DNA of 64,000 bases from the IMG/VR virus record IMGVR_UViG_3300044695_005266, positions 2,767-66,766 of that record; one strand, 5' to 3'. Position 1 is the first letter of the stretch, and every line of letters begins with the position of its first letter. The position numbers and the translations under genes were made by a program. Origin of the DNA: a virus. This document shows, one piece after another, positions 29,641-38,873 of this stretch. The notes under the pieces were generated by a model, which saw only the letters and a list, made by a program, of their open reading frames with translations, made no database searches and had not been told where the DNA came from.

Positions 29641-30696
29641 ATGTCATGCTGTAACACCTGCGGATCAACACAAGGCTGCAACTGCCAATACACAGTCGTA
29701 TTGCCCGACAACCCCGTTGAAGCATACACCTGCGCCAATATCAATCTCACCGGGATCGGCGTTTATGATTCGCAGAACGGCAACGAGTTTGACTTTCGCG
29801 GAATCACCAGCGGCAACAACTCCCTTCTCGTCACGCTCGATGCGGGCAACAACACAATCCTGCTCACGTTCAACATCCAGCAGATTATTGACGATCTACC
29901 CGATGCCACGACAACCCAGCGCGGGGTGCTTGAGACAGCAACCGATGCAGAGGCAATCGGAAAAGCACTCGACAACAAGATTCTCACACCAAGCAATCTT
30001 GCCGCAATCGGTGCGACAACTACCTTCTCTGGACTGATAGAGATTGCCACAAATGCAGAGGCATTAACGGGAGCATCAACAAGCCTTGCAATTACTCCCG
30101 CGAATCTCGCCTACGTCAATGCCGCGCAACTCACGACACGGGTATTCGCTGATGCGGTAGCGCGAGCGGCGGCGGTTGCTGATTTCATCGGTCAGTTCGG
30201 GTGTCAGTCGGATACCACACAGCCGTATTACGCATGGGGTCTTGGGGCTGGCGAATGGGGGGAAATGCTTTCTGAGACAGGGTTGAATACGGCCACCTTC
30301 ACAATGACAGGCGGGCAAATAGACCTGTCCAACAACAGCAATCTATACGTTGGTAACGGGGTGGATACTTCCTACATTTCGGTTGTTAGCGGAGCGAAGA
30401 TAGCAATAGGAGCAGGAGCAATTCTTGATCTTTCGTTGAGCTCCTTGCTGCAAATATCAAGCGCATCAGTTCCAGCAAACAGCGTTATCACCACTTCTGG
30501 CTTAGCAGGTAATCCAAGCAGCAAGCTCATCAACACCTTCATCAGCACCAGCAACACGCAAGCGGGCTACACGGCATTTGCGAATGGGGCAACCCTACGA
30601 ACCTGCGACACCGCAACCGTAACGCTTCCTCAACTGGCGCAGATTGTCGGCACACTCATTGAAGATTTGAAAGCGGTTAAACTACCAGCCACGTAA
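29641..30696 (+). CDS. Tail fibre protein
   Basis: ATTTQRGVLETATDAEA / ATTTFSGLIEIATNAEA fibre repeats; Cys-rich N-terminus. Confidence 0.75.
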   Translation: MSCCNTCGSTQGCNCQYTVVLPDNPVEAYTCANINLTGIGVYDSQNGNEFDFRGITSGNNSLLVTLDAGNNTILLTFNIQQIIDDLPDATTTQRGVLETATDAEAIGKALDNKILTPSNLAAIGATTTFSGLIEIATNAEALTGASTSLAITPANLAYVNAAQLTTRVFADAVARAAAVADFIGQFGCQSDTTQPYYAWGLGAGEWGEMLSETGLNTATFTMTGGQIDLSNNSNLYVGNGVDTSYISVVSGAKIAIGAGAILDLSLSSLLQISSASVPANSVITTSGLAGNPSSKLINTFISTSNTQAGYTAFANGATLRTCDTATVTLPQLAQIVGTLIEDLKAVKLPAT

Positions 30697-30699
30697 CCT

Positions 30700-31752
30700 A
30701 TGTCATGCTCCTGCACTTCTAATCCCTGCTCCTGCTCTCCTTGTTCTCCGGCTAACACGGTATATCAAGGAACCTGCACCGATCCCGGTTCCGCCACATC
30801 CCTGCGACACGTTCTAGGACTCGATAGCCAGTTCTGCGAACGTCGCTTGCTTCCCGGCGACGGCGGCTATCTCGTCGCCCGCGAAACAGGCAGCGGCGGC
30901 TGGCTGATTAGCTTTACCACGGAGCCAGTGGTTCCGCTTTCAAATGTTACCGCCGTCCAAAGTCAGACTTTCGGGCAGTTCATTGTGCAGGGCAGCGACA
31001 ACATCATGCGGACGCTGACTGGGCCAGCGATTGCTAACCTGTATCCTCGCACCAATGCAGCAGGGCAGATCACGTTTGAAGTGCTGCCGAACGCCACGGT
31101 TCCTGATCCGCTGGTGGTGAATGACCTTACGGTTGTCACGAATGCACAGATTGCGGACTTGCAGATTACGGGGACAGCAACGGCAACGGGGCTTGCCACG
31201 GGAACTCTGACTCAGTTTCTTGGGCTAAATGCTTCCAACGAAGTTATAAAAGGCACGATTGCCGACACAGGTTCTCAGTGTGCTTCGTTTTACGAAACTG
31301 CATCCTCTCCTGCTGGTGTCGGGGTGACTCCGAACGCATCTGCCACATCAGGCAATCCGTTGATCATCGGCAGCTGTTTGTTTGATAGTTCTACGGTTGG
31401 CGGCACTACGCCAACGCTGATCACTATTGACAACCCCAATACACTACGATGCGCGGTTGCCGGGGTGTATGTGATAGATTTTGGAGGCATGATAGCGAAT
31501 ACCGCTGGCGGGGCCAACAACAACGGCAAGCCGAACATCTCTCTTTCCGTCAACGGGATTATCGTCAATTCCGGCAACGCTTCAAACAACAACTGCCAGC
31601 GCGGAGCTTATCAGAATATAGTAAGCGTATGGGGGCAGGAGATGCGCAGGCTTGCCGCCAATAGCACGATTCAGCTTATTCTCGGATCGAATACCACGGC
31701 TGCATCCAAGGTGTATGAAGTCCGCTGCAACTTCACCCGACTAGGGGCGTGA
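30700..31752 (+). CDS. Tail fibre/spike protein
   Basis: Cys-rich N-terminus; C-terminal beta-sandwich (AGVYVIDFGG). Confidence 0.65.
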   Translation: MSCSCTSNPCSCSPCSPANTVYQGTCTDPGSATSLRHVLGLDSQFCERRLLPGDGGYLVARETGSGGWLISFTTEPVVPLSNVTAVQSQTFGQFIVQGSDNIMRTLTGPAIANLYPRTNAAGQITFEVLPNATVPDPLVVNDLTVVTNAQIADLQITGTATATGLATGTLTQFLGLNASNEVIKGTIADTGSQCASFYETASSPAGVGVTPNASATSGNPLIIGSCLFDSSTVGGTTPTLITIDNPNTLRCAVAGVYVIDFGGMIANTAGGANNNGKPNISLSVNGIIVNSGNASNNNCQRGAYQNIVSVWGQEMRRLAANSTIQLILGSNTTAASKVYEVRCNFTRLGA

Positions 31753-31756
31753 ACCG

Positions 31757-34123
31757 ATGCCCGCGACATATCACTATGACGGGCATCAGCAGCTAAAGGG
31801 AGTATTCGGCGGATCGCCGGATTCCGTTCCTGCAAACTTTGCGCATCAGGCGATCAACCGATTCTTCCGCGAGGACTACAACCGCGCAAGACCGTCAATT
31901 CAGAACATCGAGCTAGAGTTTGAAAACGATGATGAACGGGTATGGTTTCAAGGCGCGAACGGGCAGGGCGCAACATTCTACAACGGCTATCCGTCATACC
32001 TGACAAGCAAGCTGATCGCGAGTGTCGGCGGCAGGATTTACACGATTGAAGTGAACGGCAGGCGCGGAGTAGTGACGAAGTTGTTTGACGGCAACTCCCG
32101 GCAGTTCATGCACACTTGGTTTGCGCAGGGATTTCAATGGCTCGTCATTCAAGATGGGATTCATCCTCCGCTGTTTTGGGATGGGACAAATGCACCAAGG
32201 CGATCTGATCTCGCCAAGAACGAGATGCCGATTGGCAGCGTCATGTCATTCATCCACGGCAGGTTCGTGGTTGCCAGTTCAGACGGCAAGAACAGCATCT
32301 ACGTTGGCGACATCGCATACGGAGCAACTCTTACCCGACCCGACGACATTCTCAGCTTCACCGAGCAAACGTATTGGGCGGAAGGCGGCAGCTTTGGCAC
32401 TCCTGTATTTGTAGGTAACATCATGGGGATGTATGCAATGCCGTTTCTCGATACGGGCACAGGGCAGAATGAATTAGTTATCGGTTGCACCAACGGATTT
32501 ACGTCACTCGATTTATCCAAACCACGAGATCAGTGGATCAATACATCGGTGCAGCGGGTTGCGCTTATCGGCACAGGGCTTTCGTCGTCTCACGGATTTG
32601 CAGGGCTGAACGGCGATATGTTCTATCGCTCTCAGGCGGGCATTGCGAGCTACCGTAACTCGCGCATTGAGTATTCGCAGCGATGGAATCAAACGCCAGT
32701 ATCAAACGAGGTCAATTACTGGCTGGAACCCGATAGAAAGGATTACCTTGAGTTCGTGCCGATGGTGAGTTGGCAGAACATGGTGCTGTGCGGAACGTCG
32801 CCGCTTATCGGCTCACCGAACAACGCAGCATTTGGGAAGCACCGATATTGTCGCGGCATGGTAGTGTTCGATGCGGAAGCAATGAGCACCGCTGGCAGGG
32901 ACGGCACTCCGGCATGGCACGGGATGTGGAGCGGCGTAAGACCCTGGGCATTTGCGCAGGGATACATCGGCAACGCCAACCGTTGCTTTGCGTTTTCGTA
33001 TGATCGTGACGGAAAGAATCGGCTCTACGAGTTCACGCTTTCGGATGGTGACGATTTATTTGAAGGGCAACGAAAGAAGATCGAGAGCAGTTACACGACT
33101 TCCATGTATGGAAATGTGGAGTCTATCACCAACGCATTTGCGCCGAAGATTATTAACGGTGGAGTCATTGAGCTTTCAATGATTCGCGGGGCATCCAGCT
33201 TCACCGTAGAGTATCGGCCCGATGGTTCGCCTTGCTGGGTTTTCGTGGATCAGGGAAGCCCCGGATGCGATTGCCCTACAAGAGAAACCTGCGAGGAAAA
33301 TCCAGAACGCCCGCTGACTGCATCACCGCAATGGGCGCGGAAGTATCTGCAACAGGTTCCTTCTAACAAATGTGTGCCGGGATCAATCCAGCCCGCGAAC
33401 AACTTTCATCATTGTCAGGTAAAGGTGAATGCAATCGGCAGCTTCACGGTGGATCGCATGAACATCCGTTTCGAGGTTCGCCCTGATGGGCAGATTTCGG
33501 AGTGTATGGGCAACAACTGCGCCCCGATTGACTGCTGCCCGAATGAGGGTGACTACGCCTACTCGATTGCTCCTGTTGGCGAGAACAATGAAATCCCGAA
33601 TCCTCCTGAGATTCCTGATGTAAGATTCGTCGCTACAAGGACGGCGCGTGTGTGCTGCTCGGACTTCCCGTTAATCTGCGCAATCGCAGAAGGAAGCGCG
33701 AACTCGCTAATCAGCCAAAAAGATGCCGACACGAAGGCGCAGGAGGCGGCTACAACCAACGCCTATGCGACATTGCAATGTCCAGAATGCGAGACGCTGA
33801 CGCTATCGGATACCTACGTTGTCTCCGGCGATATTGTGGATTACAGCGGGTTCTTTGCGGCAGGAGAATACCTTGGATCAGTTGGGCAACCGATTCGACT
33901 GATCAACGTGCTCACTGATGCGCTGATAGTCGGCGGGATAGTGGACGAAACCGGAACTTTAGTGATCAACCAGTCATACGATTATCCCGATGGAACCTAC
34001 GACACTGGAACCAACATTTACACGGATGCGGGAGCAGGCAGCGCGAGGATTCAACTACAAATCGGGTGCAGCTTTTTCGGAAATCCTACGTGGCCGGAAG
34101 TAGAACCTTATTACGGAAGCTAG
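31757..34123 (+). CDS. Tail tubular B / DNA stabilisation protein (beta-propeller) with Cys-rich extension
   Basis: 788 aa beta-rich, in the podovirus tail position; C-terminal SLISQKDADTKA module. Confidence 0.7.
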   Translation: MPATYHYDGHQQLKGVFGGSPDSVPANFAHQAINRFFREDYNRARPSIQNIELEFENDDERVWFQGANGQGATFYNGYPSYLTSKLIASVGGRIYTIEVNGRRGVVTKLFDGNSRQFMHTWFAQGFQWLVIQDGIHPPLFWDGTNAPRRSDLAKNEMPIGSVMSFIHGRFVVASSDGKNSIYVGDIAYGATLTRPDDILSFTEQTYWAEGGSFGTPVFVGNIMGMYAMPFLDTGTGQNELVIGCTNGFTSLDLSKPRDQWINTSVQRVALIGTGLSSSHGFAGLNGDMFYRSQAGIASYRNSRIEYSQRWNQTPVSNEVNYWLEPDRKDYLEFVPMVSWQNMVLCGTSPLIGSPNNAAFGKHRYCRGMVVFDAEAMSTAGRDGTPAWHGMWSGVRPWAFAQGYIGNANRCFAFSYDRDGKNRLYEFTLSDGDDLFEGQRKKIESSYTTSMYGNVESITNAFAPKIINGGVIELSMIRGASSFTVEYRPDGSPCWVFVDQGSPGCDCPTRETCEENPERPLTASPQWARKYLQQVPSNKCVPGSIQPANNFHHCQVKVNAIGSFTVDRMNIRFEVRPDGQISECMGNNCAPIDCCPNEGDYAYSIAPVGENNEIPNPPEIPDVRFVATRTARVCCSDFPLICAIAEGSANSLISQKDADTKAQEAATTNAYATLQCPECETLTLSDTYVVSGDIVDYSGFFAAGEYLGSVGQPIRLINVLTDALIVGGIVDETGTLVINQSYDYPDGTYDTGTNIYTDAGAGSARIQLQIGCSFFGNPTWPEVEPYYGS

Positions 34124-34155
34124 ACATTCATTAAAAATCAACGTATAAAGAATAT

Positions 34156-34656
34156 ATGCCCACCAACACACAGATTGTAGCGACTCTTGGATGGACGGAT
34201 GCGCCACCTGATCTCTCTTGTATTCCCGGCGATCTGAATGAACTCGGCAGGGTGATGTCGCAGTTCTTTAACGTCAATTCTACTACCAGCGAAATTGACA
34301 CGGGTTCACAAAACTCCATTGCGCAACAGGCACTTGAACAATCCGCGATTGCCCTCGCTACCGCACAGCAGGCGATTGCCGTTCAACCGCAACTTAGAAG
34401 CAGCGGTGAACCTATTCCGTTGGCTACGGGAACATTCAATGAGCTTTCAATCTCATGGTCGCCAGCAATGCCCGACACGAACTACATGGTGATCGGAACA
34501 TTCTACGGAGACACAGGAAATCTTGGAGCTTCCAAGCCAACATTCCGTGTCATTACCGGAACGAGAACCACGACATCTTGCAGGCTCGGAATGGAGGATA
34601 TTCCGGCTGGTAAAAACTTTGCCTTCGCCTACCTGATTCGTTCGCTTACTACGTGA
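34156..34656 (+). CDS. Minor tail protein
   Basis: C-terminal SWSPAMPDTNYMV lectin-like pattern. Confidence 0.55.
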   Translation: MPTNTQIVATLGWTDAPPDLSCIPGDLNELGRVMSQFFNVNSTTSEIDTGSQNSIAQQALEQSAIALATAQQAIAVQPQLRSSGEPIPLATGTFNELSISWSPAMPDTNYMVIGTFYGDTGNLGASKPTFRVITGTRTTTSCRLGMEDIPAGKNFAFAYLIRSLTT

Positions 34657-35624
34657 AAACTCAACGCACCATAGTCCGTGACATCATAGAGGACATCGCG
34701 CCAATGGTGCTCGACAGCGGCGTATGCCCGACGACACCGGAAGGGATTGAAATCGTTCTATCGTTTCTGAACAAAGCCTGCTTTGAACTGCATACGCGCA
34801 TTGATTCAGAGGGAACACTTTTCGAGTGGTATGTTCCAGTGGAGAGCGGTTGCTTTGCGCTTCCGCAGGATTGCCGTGAAGCCCGTCAAATCGGCATCAA
34901 CGGCTTGCCATTGCGCCAGCGCAGCGAGTTCTTCATCGGCAAGGTTGCGACAGGCGGCAGCTACGGCGGGTGCGCCCCATACGAGTGCCGCGATCTCGGT
35001 GACTTCTACATCCCGAAATATCTACCCAAGACACAGGGCATCAGGATTGCGCTGGTAGCGACGGAAGATGCCGATGCAGGGAAAGAGGTTATAATCGAAA
35101 TCACGAACGAACACGGGGTTCCTGTGCGTCAGACGTTGACGCTGTTGCGCGATGCGCTTCCCGTGGTGATGGATTCCGTTGCATTCGACGTAACCTTTTT
35201 TAAGAAGCCTAAGACAACTGGGCCTGTCTTGCTTCAACTGCACTACGACAACGGGCAACGGTTCAACTTCTGTTCGTATCTACCCGACACAGAGGAAGGG
35301 CTGTTCCGCAGAAAGCAACTTCCGCAAATGTGGTGGGGCTGCAACCTTGTTCGCATCCTCGGCAAAACAAGATTTGTGAAGATTGATTCCGTGGATCAGA
35401 TTCTTCCGTTCAATCATCCAGTGGCAATCGGGTGGGCGTGTTCAGCGATTGCGGCATGGCGAAGGCGGGATGACGAGACGAACGTGAAGCATATGAACCT
35501 TGCGCTGGAATCGCTGAAATCGCAGATGCGCGATGCCGACAGCGCGAGCAACGAGAAGCAGGTAAAGATTCGCAGCAACTTCAACAACCCGTCACTCGCC
35601 GGAAACTACAAACGCTGGTCATGA
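34653..35624 (+). CDS. Tail tubular A / head-tail adaptor-like protein
   Basis: FLNKA..EL N-terminus, C-terminal helices; position in the tail cluster. Confidence 0.6.
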   Translation: MKTQRTIVRDIIEDIAPMVLDSGVCPTTPEGIEIVLSFLNKACFELHTRIDSEGTLFEWYVPVESGCFALPQDCREARQIGINGLPLRQRSEFFIGKVATGGSYGGCAPYECRDLGDFYIPKYLPKTQGIRIALVATEDADAGKEVIIEITNEHGVPVRQTLTLLRDALPVVMDSVAFDVTFFKKPKTTGPVLLQLHYDNGQRFNFCSYLPDTEEGLFRRKQLPQMWWGCNLVRILGKTRFVKIDSVDQILPFNHPVAIGWACSAIAAWRRRDDETNVKHMNLALESLKSQMRDADSASNEKQVKIRSNFNNPSLAGNYKRWS

Positions 35625-36154
35625 AGAAGCCATTTATCATTCTCGCCATGCCTCGCTCGATGACAGCGTGGACTTCCTGCTTCCTGACAATCGGCAACGT
35701 GTTTTGTCAGCATGAGATTCTTCGTAAGGACAGGCGCACGGATGTTGTGGTTCAATCCATCCTCGGCCAGCCTTACAAGTATAGCGGGGCAGCGTGTCCA
35801 GGGTCGCTGATGGTGTGGCAGGAGTTGGTTCATCGAATGCCTGATGCCAACTACATCTACATTCGCCGTTCTCCGGCACAGTCGTTGAAGTCATTGGCGA
35901 AGGTTGCGCAAGTGACAGAGGATATGATGGAGGAAGGGTATGAACAACTCAATCAGAAGGCGCGGGAGTTCATGCAATTCGTGGAGCCGAAGGTGATAGA
36001 CTTTGCAGAGCTTGCTACAATGAAGGGGATGCGGAAGTTGTGGAATTGGGTTTGCCCCGAAGAACATTTACCGGATCAACATTTGGTCAAGATGCACTCG
36101 CTGCACATCGAACAGAGAAGGGAAATAATTCATGCACAAGTATTGGGAAAATAA
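35621..36154 (+). CDS. Sulfotransferase-like P-loop protein
   Basis: FIILAMPRSMTAW...CQHE and IYIRRSP..S..SL motifs. Confidence 0.65.
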   Translation: MKKPFIILAMPRSMTAWTSCFLTIGNVFCQHEILRKDRRTDVVVQSILGQPYKYSGAACPGSLMVWQELVHRMPDANYIYIRRSPAQSLKSLAKVAQVTEDMMEEGYEQLNQKAREFMQFVEPKVIDFAELATMKGMRKLWNWVCPEEHLPDQHLVKMHSLHIEQRREIIHAQVLGK

Positions 36155-36689
36155 CGAATCACTCACTGAACCCGAAATGCGCCTGCTCGGTGCGCTTTAC
36201 CATGCTCACGCGCAATGCGTGTTCCGCGAGAACTGTTCCACGATGGCACTTCAACAGGCTGCATTCGGCAGTCGCAATGTGGTCAATGGCTACATCGCTG
36301 CACTCGCAACGCTTGGCGAGGTTCACGGGCCGATTGTTGAGGCTTGCAAGGTTCTGACGGGCGAAAGAACCAACGGCGACAGGGTTGCGGGTTTCGGCAA
36401 CAGCTTCATCAAGGGTGAGCCGGATGCCGCATTTGCGAAGGTGCATGAGTTGCTGAAAGAACAAGCACCGCATCTCGTTGATCGGATTGAAAAGATTCAA
36501 GAGAACTTACTGCTTTCGGGGAAGAACCTGTTCCCGAATCCAGCGTGTTACACGGCGGCGGTTGCGCTGGCACTTGGGATGCCTGCAATCGTCGCTCCTT
36601 CGCTATTCGTGCAGGCGCGTATCGAGCCTTGGACGGTGCTGTTTTATCAAGTCATTAAATCAAATACTAATATGAAGGAGGGAATATAA
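36132..36689 (+). CDS. Truncated citrate-synthase-like protein
   Basis: ALATLGEVHGP, RVAGFGN, FPNPACYTA, LFVQAR match the citrate synthase C-terminal half. Confidence 0.75.
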   Translation: MHKYWENNESLTEPEMRLLGALYHAHAQCVFRENCSTMALQQAAFGSRNVVNGYIAALATLGEVHGPIVEACKVLTGERTNGDRVAGFGNSFIKGEPDAAFAKVHELLKEQAPHLVDRIEKIQENLLLSGKNLFPNPACYTAAVALALGMPAIVAPSLFVQARIEPWTVLFYQVIKSNTNMKEGI

Positions 36690-37567
36690 TGGGCGCGATT
36701 ATCGCCGGGGCCGTTATCGCAGCAGGGGGCGCAGCCTATGCCGCCAACGAATCATCCAAGGCATCCAAAGAGGCTCAATCCGGCATGGCTGAACTCGCCA
36801 AAAAGGGTAGGCTGGACGATCCAGAATTGGTGGATTGGATGAACGCTGGTCGGTTTGCCACAGATCAGAATCAGCAGAATTGGGGAAGAACCATGCGGCT
36901 TGCTGGCGGGGTGAACCGATTCCAGCAGAATCAGGCGTTGAAGGGCTACGAGAAGTTTCAGCCTTACTTCCGCCAGAATCAGGAACTCATCGGGCGCAAC
37001 GCTGCATCCTTTGCCCGTGGTGAGCTACCAAGTGATGTAGTTGGCAGCATCGGCAGGGCGGCAGCACAGCGCGGCATCCAAGGCGGGTTCGGCATGAGTC
37101 AAGGCGCAGGTGGCGGCGGCACAGCATTGGGCGGATTAAATCTGCGCAACCTTGGACTCGCATCACTCGACCTAAGTAAATGGGGAACGCAATTCGCGCA
37201 GGAGACGAACAAAGCGGGTGCATCCATGATGCCGGGACTCTTTGATCCAAGTAGCCAGTTCCTCAACCCCGCTCTCGCCTTAAACGGGATGCAGTTCAAC
37301 GCGAACGCAATCAATCAGACGAATCAACTGAATGCGGGCTACGAGAACGCGATGGGCATGGGCATGATTGCGAATCAGCAACAGTCGTCGTTGCAGCAGG
37401 GGCAGATGGTGCAAGGCGCAAGCAACACAGTTGCAGGATTGATGGGTCAGTATGCACAGATGCAGCAGGCGCAACAGATGCAGAACAACTACAACAACAA
37501 CGCCAACAGTTCGTCCCCTGATTTGAGGCAGTATAACATAAATACCAGAGAACAGATAACCTCATAA
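36689..37567 (+). CDS. DNA ejection/pilot protein
   Basis: MGAIIAGAVIAAGGAAY N-terminus; Gly/Gln/Ala-rich. Confidence 0.7.
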   Translation: MGAIIAGAVIAAGGAAYAANESSKASKEAQSGMAELAKKGRLDDPELVDWMNAGRFATDQNQQNWGRTMRLAGGVNRFQQNQALKGYEKFQPYFRQNQELIGRNAASFARGELPSDVVGSIGRAAAQRGIQGGFGMSQGAGGGGTALGGLNLRNLGLASLDLSKWGTQFAQETNKAGASMMPGLFDPSSQFLNPALALNGMQFNANAINQTNQLNAGYENAMGMGMIANQQQSSLQQGQMVQGASNTVAGLMGQYAQMQQAQQMQNNYNNNANSSSPDLRQYNINTREQITS

Positions 37568-37568
37568 T

Positions 37569-38873
37569 ATGCCACTAGGAATACCAGAAGGAAACCCGAT
37601 GGCGATTGCCGCAATGGGCGAACGCTACGGGGATCGTCTTGTCGGCCAGCTTGCACAGGCTGGCGGCATGATCGAGAACGGATTGAAGGCTGTAACCACG
37701 ATGAAGGAGTTACAGAGTCTCGGTCAGAACCTTTCGCAGATTTCGCCGGAATCACCGGACTACCAGCAACAGTTGATGCAGTTGGGTGCAGCGCATCCGT
37801 TCGCCATGCAAGACCCGCGAGGTCAGGCTTTGGTCAGCATGGGCAACCAGCAACATCTACAATGGAAGAATCAGCAATTTGCAATGCGGCAGGCTGATCG
37901 ACAGGAGGAGCGGGCGGATCGGCGCGACGAGGCATCATATACAAGACAGGGAAAACGAGATGCTTCATTGCACGACTTCCGTATGGCGGAAATTAATCAG
38001 CGATGGGGCGGTGGGGGCGAAGGGGGTATTGATTTTAGCGGAGGATTGCCAACAAAAACTACGCCCGTATCCGGTTTTTCTGATGATACTTTAGGGGGAG
38101 CTTCGGCGGCGAATATGGGCGATCCGTCTATGGTTCAACCAGAGCCTTCTCTTTTTATTGATGCAACAGCAGCGGAACCTACTAGCCCGCCAGCCGGGTT
38201 TTCGGCCAGAGGGCAAGCGATGGGCGATCCGAACAACAAGGAGCTTCAAGATGCATACAGGGAGCGCGGAAGGATTATTCAACAAGCGTATGGAGGCAGA
38301 CCGCTTTCAAGAAAGGAGGTTGCCCAACTTGTAGTTGCGCCAGTAAATAAGGAGCTTGCGGCAGGGACTTCGGCCGAGGGCAAAGTAGTAGCGCAAGATA
38401 AGAGCCTTGCCGCTAGAAAACAATCCGAAACTGATAAGCGGGAGTATGATAAATGGAAGCTGCAAACGCTACAAGAAGCCAGCGTGAAAGCAGCGGCAAC
38501 AATGCAAGAGGCCAAAAAGGAATCGGCACGCATTCTTGCTGGCGGCAAGTTCACCGATTTCCAGAAGGGGGAGATGAGACCATTGCAGAAAGAAATGGAG
38601 GACTCGATTGAAATTGCTAATTTATTACTTTTGAAGTTACGGGCAGCCGAAGCTAGCGGTGAAGAATTGGCCGAAACTCAGTCGCAGGCGACGCAAGCCA
38701 GAATTGCGGCGAATGAGGCCACAGAGCGTTACAAGAATTGGATGAAAGAGAATGGCGGCGGCAGCGCGGCAAGCTCGGATAAGGTTCGTGTCGTCGGCCC
38801 TGATGGAAAGAAATACAATTTACCAAAGTCTCAACTTGAAGATGCTATCCGGCAGGGATACAAGCAGGAATGA
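37569..38873 (+). CDS. Internal virion (ejection) protein
   Basis: Helical and Q-rich; C-terminal VRVVGPDGKKY..P...GY motif. Confidence 0.65.
   Translation: MPLGIPEGNPMAIAAMGERYGDRLVGQLAQAGGMIENGLKAVTTMKELQSLGQNLSQISPESPDYQQQLMQLGAAHPFAMQDPRGQALVSMGNQQHLQWKNQQFAMRQADRQEERADRRDEASYTRQGKRDASLHDFRMAEINQRWGGGGEGGIDFSGGLPTKTTPVSGFSDDTLGGASAANMGDPSMVQPEPSLFIDATAAEPTSPPAGFSARGQAMGDPNNKELQDAYRERGRIIQQAYGGRPLSRKEVAQLVVAPVNKELAAGTSAEGKVVAQDKSLAARKQSETDKREYDKWKLQTLQEASVKAAATMQEAKKESARILAGGKFTDFQKGEMRPLQKEMEDSIEIANLLLLKLRAAEASGEELAETQSQATQARIAANEATERYKNWMKENGGGSAASSDKVRVVGPDGKKYNLPKSQLEDAIRQGYKQE

Noticed and set aside
36132-36689. Functional citrate synthase auxiliary metabolic gene
   Set aside because: Only about half length, and the catalytic His and Asp positions appear substituted.
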